Below are positions 1 through 13,110 of a stretch of DNA of 64,000 nt, piece after piece. The notes below the pieces were generated by a model. That model ran no database searches and was not told where the DNA came from. It saw only the letters and a list, made by a program, of their open reading frames with translations. This DNA is from Ylistrum balloti (lineage: Eukaryota). The translations under genes and the position numbers were made by a program. The first letter of the stretch is position 1; each line of letters begins with the position of its first letter. The stretch is from contig NW_026782484.1 in the NCBI RefSeq assembly GCF_031769215.1, positions 1,240,001 to 1,304,000 of the forward strand, written 5' to 3'.

Positions 1-644
1 AGGTGATAAAGTGTGTGATTTTTACAAAAAAGCGAGATAACTGAATAACTCATTTTTTGTGTAAAAATGTATAATGTTGCATTTGTTATTAGGCCATGTT
101 TAAAAGATGACATCCTATTTGTCGCAAATATGTATCGGCTTTATGCGTTTCGTTTCCTAATGACCATGCATTTTACTACTCAAAGAAGTAACTTTCCTTC
201 AACTGCAGGACTACTTCCCATATCTGTATACGTAGGGTTGAGTCCAACATGTTCAATAGGCGAGATCTTAAGACAATGTAAGAAAAAATAATGATGTCTG
301 TTGAATGGTTCGTTGAAAAAAAATATACAGAAAGGGCATATTTCAAAACAGTAAGACATTTATTTTTTAAAATTTGACGACGCAACACCACAATCCAGAA
401 CCAAATACATTGTTTATAATGAGGTCCGAAACAGACTGACGTGAGAGCTATGGGGAAGCGTGCTTTTAAGTCTGGGTTGCTTGAGCCTTAACGACTATTG
501 TCTGTTCGTTCAAATACTGTTAAAAACATATTTTCAGGAAGGAATATACCTGTTTTCAACTCACACAACCATGGCATATCTTATACTGCCCTGTCGTCAG
601 TCATGTGCTGGTATTTAGTTGGATCATGGAGGCTGACATGACAC

Positions 645-652
645 CGGAAGTT
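645..652 (+). promoter_or_regulatory. ETS-type motif (CCGGAAGT) about 45 nt upstream of the BABAM2 start codon
   Basis: Exact CCGGAAGT within a CpG-containing stretch. This is the established ETS/GABP motif of housekeeping promoters; function here is inferred. Confidence 0.45.
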
Positions 653-697
653 GGTTAATCTTGGTCAAACGGAGGCTTCTCCATCAAACACGGAAAG

Positions 698-3600
698 ATG
701 GGAACCGAATACATAGGAAAAATTGCCCCATGCTTTACACATTTGATAGATACGGTCATCAGGAATGGGAAGATTGGAATATGTGGAGCACATGTGCGCA
801 TATCAGACATCAGAACTGGGTATAATGCAGCTTACTACTTAATTAGCTAATCGCCTATCAGCTTTTCTGCAAGCGTATCGTTTGCACACTGAATGTTATT
901 ATTAACTGAATAACAAATATGTAATAGTACTTAATTAAGATATCAATCGTTGTAAGAGAGTGATGTTTTTTCAGACGACGTTCTTAAAAACTGTTAAGAT
1001 GTGACACCACTGAACACGGGAGGCAACTCTAACAAAACCGTGACTCATTTTGGTATCTCAATCTTTTCAGTATAATATTAATATTCACTTTCTTCCTAAA
1101 AATAAGAATGAAGATTTTCGTTCGAAATGCATGCCAAAACAAGGAAAACATGGAAAGAGCCGCACTGATTGACTCCTTGTGTATGTTCATCCCAGAATCT
1201 CAAACATGTATCATATAACTAAATGTGATTTAGCTTTGTGTCTTGCATTTAAAATTTAATCACATTTAGTTACTTTATTTTTAAGAAAATCAAATCCTTT
1301 GAAACACACCATATTATATTTTCAACAATTTTATACATGTTAACAATATATAGATATTGTATGATGTATTGATAATGCTATGATAATACTCTTATGATTA
1401 ATCATTTCCTGCATTGTCTATTATGATGAATGTGCTGTGATCCATAAAAGCCAGACTGAACATAGAACTTTATTGACATTAACTTGCAGGTCACTTAGTA
1501 CTTCAAAGAAGCCTAACGGTGACAGATTTCAGGTGCTACTACCTTTTGCAGGACAGACACTACAGTGTAAGTTTTGCATTTTTGTCAACATATTTCTTGA
1601 AAACTTGGAAAGAGATACAGAAATTTAAATTAATGTTGCTTGTTCACGCAGGTTTGCATCCTCCATAGTTGGGAAACTATTAGTGCGACAGTGTGAAACT
1701 ATCATTAGTGTAGTTTGAATAAGGATGCTCTGCTGATCAGCACACATTGGATACATTTCTCATATCAGTGACGGTATAAGAAGTAATCATTTACTGGGCA
1801 GGTGTTCGATGTTCACAGCTCTAAATAACATCCTGATTGACAAATTTCTAGTAAGCTGCAATATGTACCAAAAGTATCTCATCTAACTCAAGTTTCCTCT
1901 GGACCATAAAACAGACTTAAGCATTTTTAGAGACAAATGTTTGACAAGGAAGTCTACATCATATCATGACCACTTTTAATTTTTTGGGTGCTGTTTGGGG
2001 ATATAAGAGACACCATTGTGCTGTTATAACTGTATACTGGTACATTGTATGTGTTAGATGTAGCTATATTACATATTTGTCTTTACTAAAAACTTCAGGA
2101 CTGCATTTCAAATTATACCCTATCATTGATCTACTTTATACCTACTGTGGTATGTGTTTTCTGTTTAATAGGGGATGTGATTTTTGACTGTAACTACCCT
2201 CAGGACCCACCAGATTTCATCTTTTCCGCAGATGACAGTGATTTTTGTCCACATGAGGAAGATGTCAAGGTTTGTTTCTTATCTAAGATGAAGTTCTTAA
2301 TACAAGGACTTGCACACTATATCAGCAATTTGTTGATGAAATTCATATGTTTTATACTGCTTATATTTGTTTCAACCGGTGATGAAGTGTTGATTCTGTT
2401 AAGTGGTTCCTGATATGTGTACAGGTTTCATTATTCATTGAAAAAAAAATCATTTTCGTAGAATTATTTTCATTTCATTGGTAGGTATTCTATATATCCA
2501 CATGATGATATAAATAGATAAAAGTTAACATGGATTACAGTACTTGTAGATTTCTAGAGCAAGATTTAATCACAAAATCCGGTTTAAAAAGGTGTAATTT
2601 TTTTTTGAAAACCACTGAATTTGAACCCCACAAAATAAATTTGACAGTATAATCACCTGAGTTTAATGACGTGGAATTACAGTGATTTTTATCGTCACCA
2701 GGGTTTAGTGAATTGGGATTACAATGATCCCAATAGTCTACTTAACGTACTCAATGAGTTGCTGATATTGTACCGCGAACACCATCAGCGCCGGATTGAG
2801 GCCCACTCCCGTCTCCAGTTTGAGTACTCCTCCCTCATAGACCAGGCCAATCTATCACCAGAAGACATTGAGATATTCGTACACAGATCTGAGGTGGGTG
2901 TTTTCTTTCACCTACTGGTGAGGATGATGAAATGAAGAGATGAGTATGTGGTATGAAACATCCTCTTTAGTTCTCATCATCCTCCATCAGTTTAATCATA
3001 TTCAGTTTTCCAGTTTTGTTCATCATTCATACAACTTTGTTTTGGACTTATCACCTAAACCATTGATTAAACTTGAGCATGAAAGTATGTTAATCCGACA
3101 TTGACAAAATGGGAAAGATTAACTCAGTACAGTATGTATTTTGTACATTTGATAAAAGAATGGACATGAATATTGAAATACTTTGAGGTCATATATTGAC
3201 CAGTTGTATATACTTTTATCTTGTGATGTCATTAAATGTAGATTTTCTGTCTTAATATTGATAAAGAAAAGGACCTCAAACTGACTAGCTGGATACATTC
3301 TTGGGATTGCTGTGTAATCTGATAACATTTTGTTCTGTATTTTCAGTCCAAGGTTGGTCCAGTTGTGTTTCTGGTCAAAATGGCAGTAGATTTTACAAAG
3401 ATACCAGCTTACCTGACCAAGGTGAGTCCTCAGTTTAATGTGGGAATCAAAAGTATAACATATTGTTATAATGTTGTAGTTGGTTTTTTGTTTTAATAAA
3501 GTAAAATAATGAACTTTGATTTTTAGGAAAACATATGGCATATTTGCTGTGAACATTTATGTCAAAACCATATCCTGACAAGTTGATGTTAGATATAAGT

Positions 3601-6600
3601 TTCTTGTCAGTATCTCAAAACTATCAAAAAAAACAACAACAAAGCTTTCTGGTGACACTGATCATTGTTGATCATGTGATCAGTGAATTATGTTGATCAT
3701 GTGAAAATTGAAAAATTGAAATATGTTCATCACTTTAGACTGTTAACTTAATGGAATAGTCCGTTATGCTATGTAACTCAAATCCTGATGTCACTACTTG
3801 TAAGTATGACACTCAAGTTGATGCCAAGTACCAGTGGTCATGGAAAGGTGCTCATTTATTTTAGGACAATCCTGGAGAGGACTCAGCAGTGCTTCTGGTC
3901 AATTTCCCCTCCCCAAATACCTCACGGATTAGCCCGCAACTGTACCTTTCACCCAGAGTAGAAAAGTAAGTAATTTTTTCACTGACAAGCACTTACACCA
4001 TTAGCAGATAAATTGATTAATGATAAGTAGCACATTAAATCTCCTCATCTCTGATTTATCTTGAAAATTGTGAAGAATAATCAATTATACTTCTACATGT
4101 TGTACCACAACTTATTATATGAGAAAGGGATATTAATTCAAGATAAAGATTGGATGCTGCATTTCTGTACATCCTTCGGACGTCTGTTGTCTGTCAACTT
4201 TTTCCTATAAATCGCAACGAGTCATGAATAATTGAGTGCAATTGAATCAGATTTGGTCTGAAGCATGCTTAGGAAAATGGAAACCAATTTTGTATAAACG
4301 GTGGGTCTGACTCCCTTATGGCCTGATTTTTCCCATATTTGGTCTGAAGCATCCTTTGATGAAGAGGAATCATTTCAGAATTTCTGAACTTTCTACTTCT
4401 GCCCTTTGGGCCTTTGGGGTGGGAGGGGCAGGGCTCAATGGGTGAATTAGAGCAAATTCCATTAAATCCTTCATCTGTAGGAATACCTGGATGTTGTCCC
4501 AATTTGTCCTGAAGCATGCTTGGGTGAAGAGGATCCATTTTGTAAAAACAGTGGATCACTTTTGTATGAACATTGAGTTCCTGTCTACTAAGGTTGGAGG
4601 GGCGTGGCGAGACAGTAGAAATAGAGCTAATTCTTTAAAAATCTTCCCTATGTTAGAATTGAATACAAACTGGGTGAAGATAACTTAGATTTTACAGTGC
4701 ATCCCCTTTTTAAGAAGGGAAGAGTCTATTACAGGGATATAGATACAAGTGTTTAAATGTTTTTCCCTGTGTTATAATGAATCAGTTTCAGCAAACTAAA
4801 CCAGGTGAGCAATACAGGCCATATGGGCCTCTTGTATTTATGATTGCTTAGGTGGAGTATTCCCTTCTGACATTGTGGGATTTAATAACTACCAGGGTAT
4901 GTTGCAGTTTATATTTCTATCTCGTATTTAGTACTGAAGGTAATATATAAATGATCCCATTTTTTATTTTGCTATCTGCCATTGTGTGGTTTTATAATTA
5001 TCAGTGCTTTGGGAGGATCGGCTAACCTGAGGATACCTCCTTATCCCAGTGGTGGCTGTTTGCTGGATTATGTTCCAAATGTCTGCGAACTCTTACAAAA
5101 TAAGGTAAAATGACCCAAGTCAACTTGATTTTTAGTAAAACAAGGTAGGGTTCTGATTAATGACAAACAGGAATTAGGAACAAAATTATTTAAATTGTCA
5201 GAGTTGCATTATATTGATACAAATTTAGATATTTCATAAAATTCCAATCTTCTTTCAGATTGATTGATACTGAAACAATCATTTTTGTAGAGGATTTATT
5301 TTCGTTAGATTATTATGTAGTCAATCAGAGAAATTATTTGTCCTATAAGTGGAATTTGTGAGCATGGTTTATCCATGAACTTAATTTGTAACAAAAATGT
5401 ATGTTTTTGAAAACCACAAAATTTGAGCTCCTAAAAATATAGGATCTTACAGTAGATGATAATCAGAATTTAGAAATATGAAATTAAACATGACAATGAA
5501 ACTAATTATTGCATTTATTTTTAAAAAGAAACTATCAATTTATTGTTAACTATTATTTGTTATCATACCTTACAGCTAATACATCATCTACTTGTACTCA
5601 TTGTCATGTATACACACATAAAGCATGTATTATGTGTTTAGGTGGACCAGATATCAAATGTTCATGAAAAGAAGAAAGAATATATTGCTGCTTTTCTCAG
5701 TAATTTTGGCAGGTGAGCATCATTGGTTTCTTATCAATATTATAATGTTAAACATAAAAAAAATTGGATTTTTAGGTCATCTGACCCAAAGGGTCAAGAT
5801 GACCTATAGCCTTCGTGCTTCGTCCGTCGTCCGACGTGCGTAAACTTTTCATTCAAACAACTTCTTCTCAAATACTAGAAGGTCTAGGGGGCTAATACTT
5901 GGCACAGAGGATACTGGCATGGAGCTCTACCAGTTTGTTCAAATGAATGACCTTGACCCACTTTAAAGGTCACAGGGGTCAAATATGTTAAAATCTTTAA
6001 ACAACTTCTTCTCATTAACCAAAAGGCTCAGAGTGTAGATATTGGGCCTGTGACATGCTGGGATGAAGTGCTACTAAGTTTGTTCAAATGAATGACCTCA
6101 TCCCACTTTCTAGGTTTGGCTTGCTTTTTGTCAGATGACCGTTAAGGCCCATGGGCCTCTTGTTATTGTATTTGAACATCTTCAAACATCCTCAATATTC
6201 CAGGGGTTATGATCATTTTGTTCCCTGCACCCTTGGATCATGTCATAGCCAAATTGAAGGCACAAGTGAACTAATTTGATTGGCTCCAGGAAAAAACCCT
6301 GACCAATCACAGCCTGATATGTTCCTTTTGAAGATTACAAAGGAGCAACCCCCAGATTCAGAGCATTACCATATACGGTTATACAACCACAAGATTTGGT
6401 CTTAAAAGGATCAAAGTGTCGCAGACAGAACCTTCAATTTTGCCATGACATGTTCCAGGGGTGCAGAGAGAAAGTGATTATTTGATTTATAGCTGAAGCT
6501 TTTATGGCATTTATGATCAACATTAATGCAAGAGCTTTGGAAACAAACTTCTTATAACACACAATAGTGAAATATGGTATGTTTACTAACCAATCTCTCT

Positions 6601-7974
6601 CCGTAAATGTAACAAGACAGTTCAATTTCCAAGCACATTACACTCTTAAACATATTTTAACTCATTGTGAACGAAAGTAATTCATTATCAGCGGTAACCC
6701 TTCAAATGGAATAGTACATACTATGTAGTTGTAAAAGTGTATTGATAGGTGTCACTGTCATCAAAAATGATATATATTTCTTAATAGATTCCTTATGACT
6801 CATCTTTCTGGTTTAAACAGTAAAATTGCCTTCAAAATATTAACATTTTTGGAGAGATATCAGTATGGTTATATTTGCAGATATAAAACTTGTATTGATT
6901 GATATGTATGTTGCTGTTTTTTTTTCAGATCGGTGTTAGAATATGATGCAGAATTGTTTAGTAGGATTTCATTTCTGTTTGAATGGAATGATTTCTTCTT
7001 TATCCTTTATGGTAAGATAAAAAAATTCTATTTGAAAAAAAATCCAATTGTACATTCAAAATTATTGATGTTGAATCAGATTAAGCTTACGAGAATGTAA
7101 GAAATAGCCAAAGACAAGATTAGTATGGAATATTTTAAAGCTGTGAAATAAATTTGAAATTTGCATAAGATTAGAATTTCTATCTTTGAAAGATAATCTT
7201 GTTTGGAAAACTTTGTAAACCTGTTGATTTATTTATATGTAAGTACATTGATATTCCAGCAGAGTTATGTTGGATCAGATTTCATCCAGTAGTCGTCCTG
7301 TGATCATCATCACAGCACAACTGTAAATGTGTACATATACAACAACTGATCTTCAGATCACTGTCTTTTACTATTGCAGTGGAGCTGCCTTCATTTTTCC
7401 CCCAGGAGCCTCCCATCTTTACTTTCCAGTCCATCTATCATGAATCCAAGGGCAAACCTTACACAGAGACAGTCAACGACTACCCATACAGTCCTCGCTG
7501 GAGTGCACTCAAAATGGCAGAGAAAGCAAGGCAAGCAATTATCACCAAAACCTTGATTTTTATTTCTTATTTCTGCTATGATTGAAGAATTCACTATAGT
7601 TAAGTAAGAAAAAAACATTACCTACCTTTGAAAAATCTCTTGAGTATAGAGATTAGTATAGATGGTTGAACTTTATTTTTTCTTCTCTACAACAGAAGTG
7701 ATAAGATTTAAATGAAAACTTTATGAAATCTTTTTCATTATTAGTGTGTGAACCACCCTTTTGGTATTTCAAGATGTGATTTAGTGTAATGACAATTTAG
7801 TAATAAATTTTTCACTAAAATTAAGCTTACCTTTCAAATACAATTCATAAACATTATATCAAAGTTAACAGTGCATTCTTTTAAAAACAAGTGTTTTATT
7901 TGTTTTGTAGGGAGTACATCCTAAGCAATATTGGAACATTCCAGAAAGCTTCAGTCCACAGTGGTTCTCTGTAG
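698..7974 (+). CDS. BABAM2: BRISC and BRCA1-A complex member 2 (BRE/BRCC45), 377 aa
   Basis: Exons 698-819, 1490-1566, 2172-2269, 2702-2893, 3347-3421, 3865-3965, 5005-5104, 5642-5712, 6929-7011, 7380-7530, 7911-7974 join in frame (1134 nt). Translation includes [91 protein letters not shown] and YPYSPRW, all matching my recollection of vertebrate BABAM2. The last intron is GC-AG. Confidence 0.95.
4200..4840. mobile_element. Degenerate non-autonomous interspersed repeat in BABAM2 intron 6
   Basis: Internal repeated subunit tttggtctgaagcatgc and terminal ggccatatgggcctcttgt, shared with other repeats in the window. Boundaries approximate. Confidence 0.45.
5769..6164. mobile_element. Non-autonomous HINE/MITE-like element, family B
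   Basis: Starts with the hairpin AGGTCATCTGACCC-AAA-GGGTCAAGATGACCT plus a cgtc microsatellite and ends with ttaaggcccatgggcctcttgtt. Related degenerate copies near 13460-14340, 19495-19990, 30330-30620, 33740-34035, 50020-51460, 52630-53440, 53615-54420 and 63380-63660. Confidence 0.6.
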
Positions 7975-9212
7975 ACTTTCATATCAACTACTGAAAAATC
8001 AGTTTTCTTTTGTTACCATAGCATTATACGATACCACTTTTATATGACAATTTTATATGCCTTTGATTCCTCAAATATAAAAATCAAAGTCATTTTAAAA
8101 TATTATTTATTGTATTATATAATTGAGATTCTCCTAAATGGACAATAAAGTTAACCTACCAAGTACATTGTAATAATAAATGTGTATTTCATTGTTTTAG
8201 TCTACTTTTGAGATGAGCTTTAATACTCTACCTTCAGTCAGTGAACATATATGGTTTAAAGATTTGTCATCTAGAATCATTAAATTCTGATTTTATCACT
8301 TGACAAATTGTTAATTATTTTTATCATTATCTGTAGATTTGTATCACAGCAATCACTTTCAGGAAAAATCTTGAAAAACCAATAGTTGTTATTAAAGATT
8401 TGGTAAAATGTTTGTCACCCATTGTGAAACATTTTCTTTTGATTGTTAAGTACATATATATATAAAATAGAAGTTAATTTGCCTTCTTGTGTATTCTTCA
8501 ACACTGATTATGATAAAGGGACATCTATTCTAGGTATGCTACCCACATGTTTTGTAGTTTCTGGAGGAATTGTTAACCTGTTATACTAGTGATCCCACTT
8601 CAGAATCCCTAATTTCAGTTTAGAGCTTTGTGTTGGCTCTCAGAGCTTTCTGCATTATGAATATTTTAAGACCAAAGATAGCCATGGACATTGAATATTG
8701 AATACTGAATACAACATGAATTGGCATTATCATTTATCCTTTAGACCAATTGTGCAATATTTCTCTTTTTCCTTGAGTGATAATTTTTAAATAAAACTCC
8801 CATGATTCAGTGTTAAAAGCCAAAATGGCCACAGGATTCATCTCAGAACTGGCCAAACAAACATTAACTAGTAATAGCAGTTATAGGGCCATGCTAAAAC
8901 AAGAATCTAACAAGAAATTATGGATACTTGTTATTTTTTCAAATGTGAGAGATTAACCATCTACGTGCTGTGAGCATGCTTTTGAATGAGATTCATCTTT
9001 TTTGTTGACACGTATATATTTAGTGAATAATATAATGTACATAAAGATGATAAGAATGAACTCTTCTTGGTGCAATACGCACTGTTTTTACAAATAAAAG
9101 ACCAAATTTAGTTTTCAAAAACCTTTTATTAAGAATAGCACAAAAATAAATTTGCAAATAAATGTACACTTAGTGTAAATAGATACTTTAACCAAACTTA
9201 AATTCCAGAATA

Positions 9213-9996
9213 AACAAGACATCCCAGAGGGATCTTGGCGCCCACCATTTGAGGATCTGTTTTCAGTTCTTGAAGATTTTTTTTTTTTTTTTTTTGTTAC
9301 AGGTTTTGTAAATGTTCATGAACTGGTCTTCATTGAATGTACTCAGTGATGGCACAAGATATTTTTATCAAGCACCTATTAGCAAATATCATTTGAAAAA
9401 GATCCCAAAGTATTATTAGATAGCAGTCAGTTACAGGTGGATAATGGACAATATGCTTGTGCTGTATTACTGTCGACATCCAAGATGGCTGCCTGTGGGC
9501 CACCTTGATTTCAGATCAGTCCAAAAAAGGTACAATGCACAACTAGGGACCAAGGGAAATCAATATCTATGAAATATCAGAAGGATCGATCCAGTACTTC
9601 CTCAGATATAGCAGTAACAGGATTTTACTCTCAAAACAGGCAGCCATCTTGATTTCGGATCAGTCTAAAAAGGTATAATGCACAACTTGGAACCAAAGGG
9701 AACTTGCATATGAAATTTGAGAAAGATCCATCCAGTACTTTCCAAGAAATAGCAGTAACAAACTTTTACTTCCAAAATCCAAGATGGCCACCTGTCGGCC
9801 ATCTTGAAAGCGAATCAGTTCAAAAAAGGTACAATGCACAACTAGGGACCAAGGGGAACCTGCATATGAAATTTGAGAAAGATCCATCCAGCACTTTCCC
9901 AGAAATAGCGGTAACAAGAATTGTTTACGGACGGACGGACCACGGACGCAGGGACGATTTGAATAACCCACCATCTATTAGATGGTGGGCTAAAAA
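9213..9996 (+). mobile_element. Non-autonomous HINE/pearl-like element, family A, with internal ~155-bp subunits
   Basis: 5' aacaagacatcccagagggatcttggcgcccacca; internal repeats of ccaagatggc...aactagggaccaagggaa...gaaagatccatccagtac; cggacgga microsatellite; 3' hairpin CCCACCATCTA-T-TAGATGGTGGG. Other copies at 11130-11365, 40375-40945 and 47615-48437 (-). Confidence 0.65.
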
Positions 9997-11581
9997 TATA
10001 CCCTTACAATATTATATTACATTGACATTTCATTGGTAATTCTGTGAAGCAGCAAAAATAATTTCTGCTACTACAAAGTGAAGAAATATATAATATCAGA
10101 TAAAATTCTCAAAGGTGGTAAAATCTGGGCTTTAGTTGCTACCAACACAAACTGTATCATCAAAATGCTACAGACACATTGTGTAACTACTGTTACCTCT
10201 CCCTTTATCACAGTATTAGTCTAACTTCAATGTCCCAACATTTAAATGGTCCCCCAAGATGATCTTTTGTGCAATTCAAAGTTCATCTTTGTATCAAAAT
10301 TATTTTTTTCATTCTTTATTGCCACTAGAGCTCTCAATCTTTAAAAATATTGAAAGACTTATCAATTTCACACACTCTCCCCCTCTTTAGGAGAACTTTG
10401 GCCAACAAGTCAACAATCACATAAGAGACCATTAAAGACAATTCATTTGGTGTCCCAACTGGCATGTAATACTGATGTGCCAAAATTGTATTATAAACTG
10501 TACCTTCACACTTGCACATTACAGGTAAATGACTCCCAAAACTTTTTTGTAATTCAGATGGTGCTCATTCACTTTTTAAAACATATTTGACCCCCGTGGC
10601 CCTGAAAGTAAGTCAAGGACATTTATTCAAATATAATGGCTCTAGGCCTCTTGATTATTTGGAAGATTGATTATGGCATAAGCTCAATGGTTACTGTTCT
10701 TACAGGTGAGCTTGACATATTCCAACATCTACATGTAATTGGACTGATGGAAAATTGTATTACAGTTTTACTGTATGTCATATTCATTACTAGGCTTAAT
10801 TTGAGCTGCGTATTAAATTTGCACTCATGAGGTCGTTGCCAAATGTACCTTTGATGTGAGAGTATTACATACAACAATCAAGCAGCTATGTAACATGTAA
10901 ACAGAAATGGCTAAAGAAATTGCACATTTAAATAAATTTATCAAAAAAGGAGCATGGCAGTCTATTACACTGAACTGTCATTATTTCCAATCAATTATAA
11001 GTCATTTTAGCACAATTCAATCCATGTCAAAATCATACAGGGAAATCTTAGAAGTTTGATCATTTCTCATCTTTTCTCTTCTCTCCTCTGTATTCGCTCT
11101 TAATGATACAAAATTTGAACACATCTTTGCAGAAATAGCAATAATAATCATTAATTGCCAAATCCAAGATGGTCACCTTTAAATCATTTTGGTTTTCTGA
11201 TCAGTCCCAAAATCAAATGGGCATAACTAGGGCGAAGGTGATTTTTAACATGAAATTTGAGAAAGATCCATCCAGTACATCTGAAGAAATAGTTTACGGA
11301 CAGATGGACAATGGACTACGGACATTGGAAGATTTGAATTGCCCACCATCTGATGATGGTGGGTTTAAAAACATTGAATTGTACAAGCACACCTGGTCAA
11401 CTGTATCACCATTAAATAGCCTATCATAAAGAAAACACTGTCTGTGATAAAATTGCATAGTAATTAAAAGTGAAAATTGAATACTTGTAATACAGTAAAA
11501 AACATTAAATAGATATAATTGTTATTATGCATCCAAATTAAAAAATATAAAACCGATATTGACAAAGGTCTTCAATGGTTT

Positions 11582-11831
11582 ATAAATGATATATTATCAA
11601 TTTTTTTGTTTTAAAACAATTGTGAAACAAGGTTTAAGCTTATATCAATCACTCTTGTTGGCCTGGGTGGAAGAGCACAAGGAGTATTTTGGGAGGAAAC
11701 CAGATTACCCGGGGAAAACCCATGTGGACAGGTAGGTAACCCATACGTTTTCACGTCTGTGCCTGGAATTGAACCCCTGATGCCTAGGTGATGGGCAGGT
11801 GTGTTACCATTGCACCACCTGACCACTCAAT
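11582..11831 (-). mobile_element. tRNA-derived SINE with V-domain-like centre and a 15-bp target-site duplication
   Basis: On the minus strand: A box TGGTGCAATGG, B box GGTTCAATTCC, central GGGTTTTCCCCGGGTAATCTGGTTTCCTCCC resembling the V-SINE domain, and an A-rich tail. Flanked by the direct repeat GGTCTTCAATGGTTT at 11567-11581 and 11832-11846. Confidence 0.75.
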
Positions 11832-12949
11832 GGTCTTCAATGGTTTTCTCCCAAACCTGAGATAATGGACATTGTACCACTGCTGCCTGTGTCAACACTC
11901 TTCATTTATCCATTGCTAAATCACCATAGTCCAGGCAAGCTCCATACAAAATAAACCAGACATCCCCTTACCAACTGTGGATCCCTGTCTTTGCATGTAC
12001 AATATTTAGTTCCCACCTAACCTACATTCCTCTCTGCCATTCCCAATATCAGTATTGCTTTAAAATTGATGTTTTATTCACAAGCACTTTTCATTTAAAC
12101 ATTTAAAATTGTTTTCAGTGTACAATATTGCAACTGCTGCAATGATCAATAAGGAATAACACCACGATTAAACACCATTCAAATTGGTCCCCATACCTAT
12201 CTAAAGGAATGGAATGTGCTCTAATCCTTCTTATTTATTTATTTATTTTTTTAATTTCCTTAAGATGAACTAGGTGTTTGTTGCTTTCACATCATTGCTC
12301 ATTTCAAAGTAGATATAATAAATAAACACACAAATACTGATATTCAAAAGCATTAATACTGTATGATAGAAATTCCTGACTGCAACGTATATCAAAAAAT
12401 GAAACAGTAATGCTGAACAAAAATTGATGTATTATGCAAACTGTAAAATAACTTGTGCTCCAACGATCTGTTTCCTTTTATTGATCTGCCGATGTGTTTG
12501 ATAAATTCAAACTTTGAGTGAAACAAGAATGAGAGAGTTCAAACTATCACCTGACAGAAAGTTATTGTTGGTATTGAACTTTTTCTATCGAACTGACCAG
12601 AGGTTAAGTATATGTTAAGACAATTTATGAGCAGAAATTGAAAAACTATCAAGACAGTATACAGTACACAAAGTAATGAAGTATTTAAAAAAAATGTCTC
12701 TATGTCAAAGATTAGAAATATCTAGTTTGACAAAACTTTGCCAGGAAAAGACTTTAAACAGGTCAGCAGGGCATGACTTAGAGTGAAGAAGCAACTTTTA
12801 CTCTGAGACGTTAAACCCGAGTGGTGTAAAAATGACATAATTAAAATGTTGTAGATTACTTTACATTTTATAAACAAAAAATATTTTAATTTGAGATTCA
12901 TGAAATGAATGTCAGTCTTTATTACAATGACAGGTTCTATGAAATAGGT

Positions 12950-13110
12950 TGTACAATAGATACGAAAGTGAATATCGCTTTTTAATGGAAATTTTGAGTT
13001 AGATACAGTAGAGCCAATTAATGAATTAAGCTGCATCATCTGACTGTTCCGTCCTTCTAGGACTCGTCAGTGATACTAAAGACTTAAGTTTTGAAGCCTT
13101 TGAGGCAACT
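12950..13110 (-). mobile_element. Penelope-like/retrozyme relic with degenerate hammerhead motif
   Basis: Minus strand reads atcaCTGACGAgtcc-tagaa-ggacGGAACagtc. The same family occurs at 23790-23870. Confidence 0.5.

Noticed and set aside
1-660. A head-to-head gene upstream of BABAM2 (ATGTCAGCCTCCATG near 640 on the minus strand; donor-like site near 550)
   Set aside because: All minus frames stop early and I recognised no protein. A non-coding exon cannot be excluded but is unsupported.
9660-10039. ORFs of 104-111 aa, and similar ones at 11169, 47742-48443 and 50631
   Set aside because: They lie within copies of non-autonomous interspersed repeats and share repeated peptides (MKFEKDPSS); not genes.
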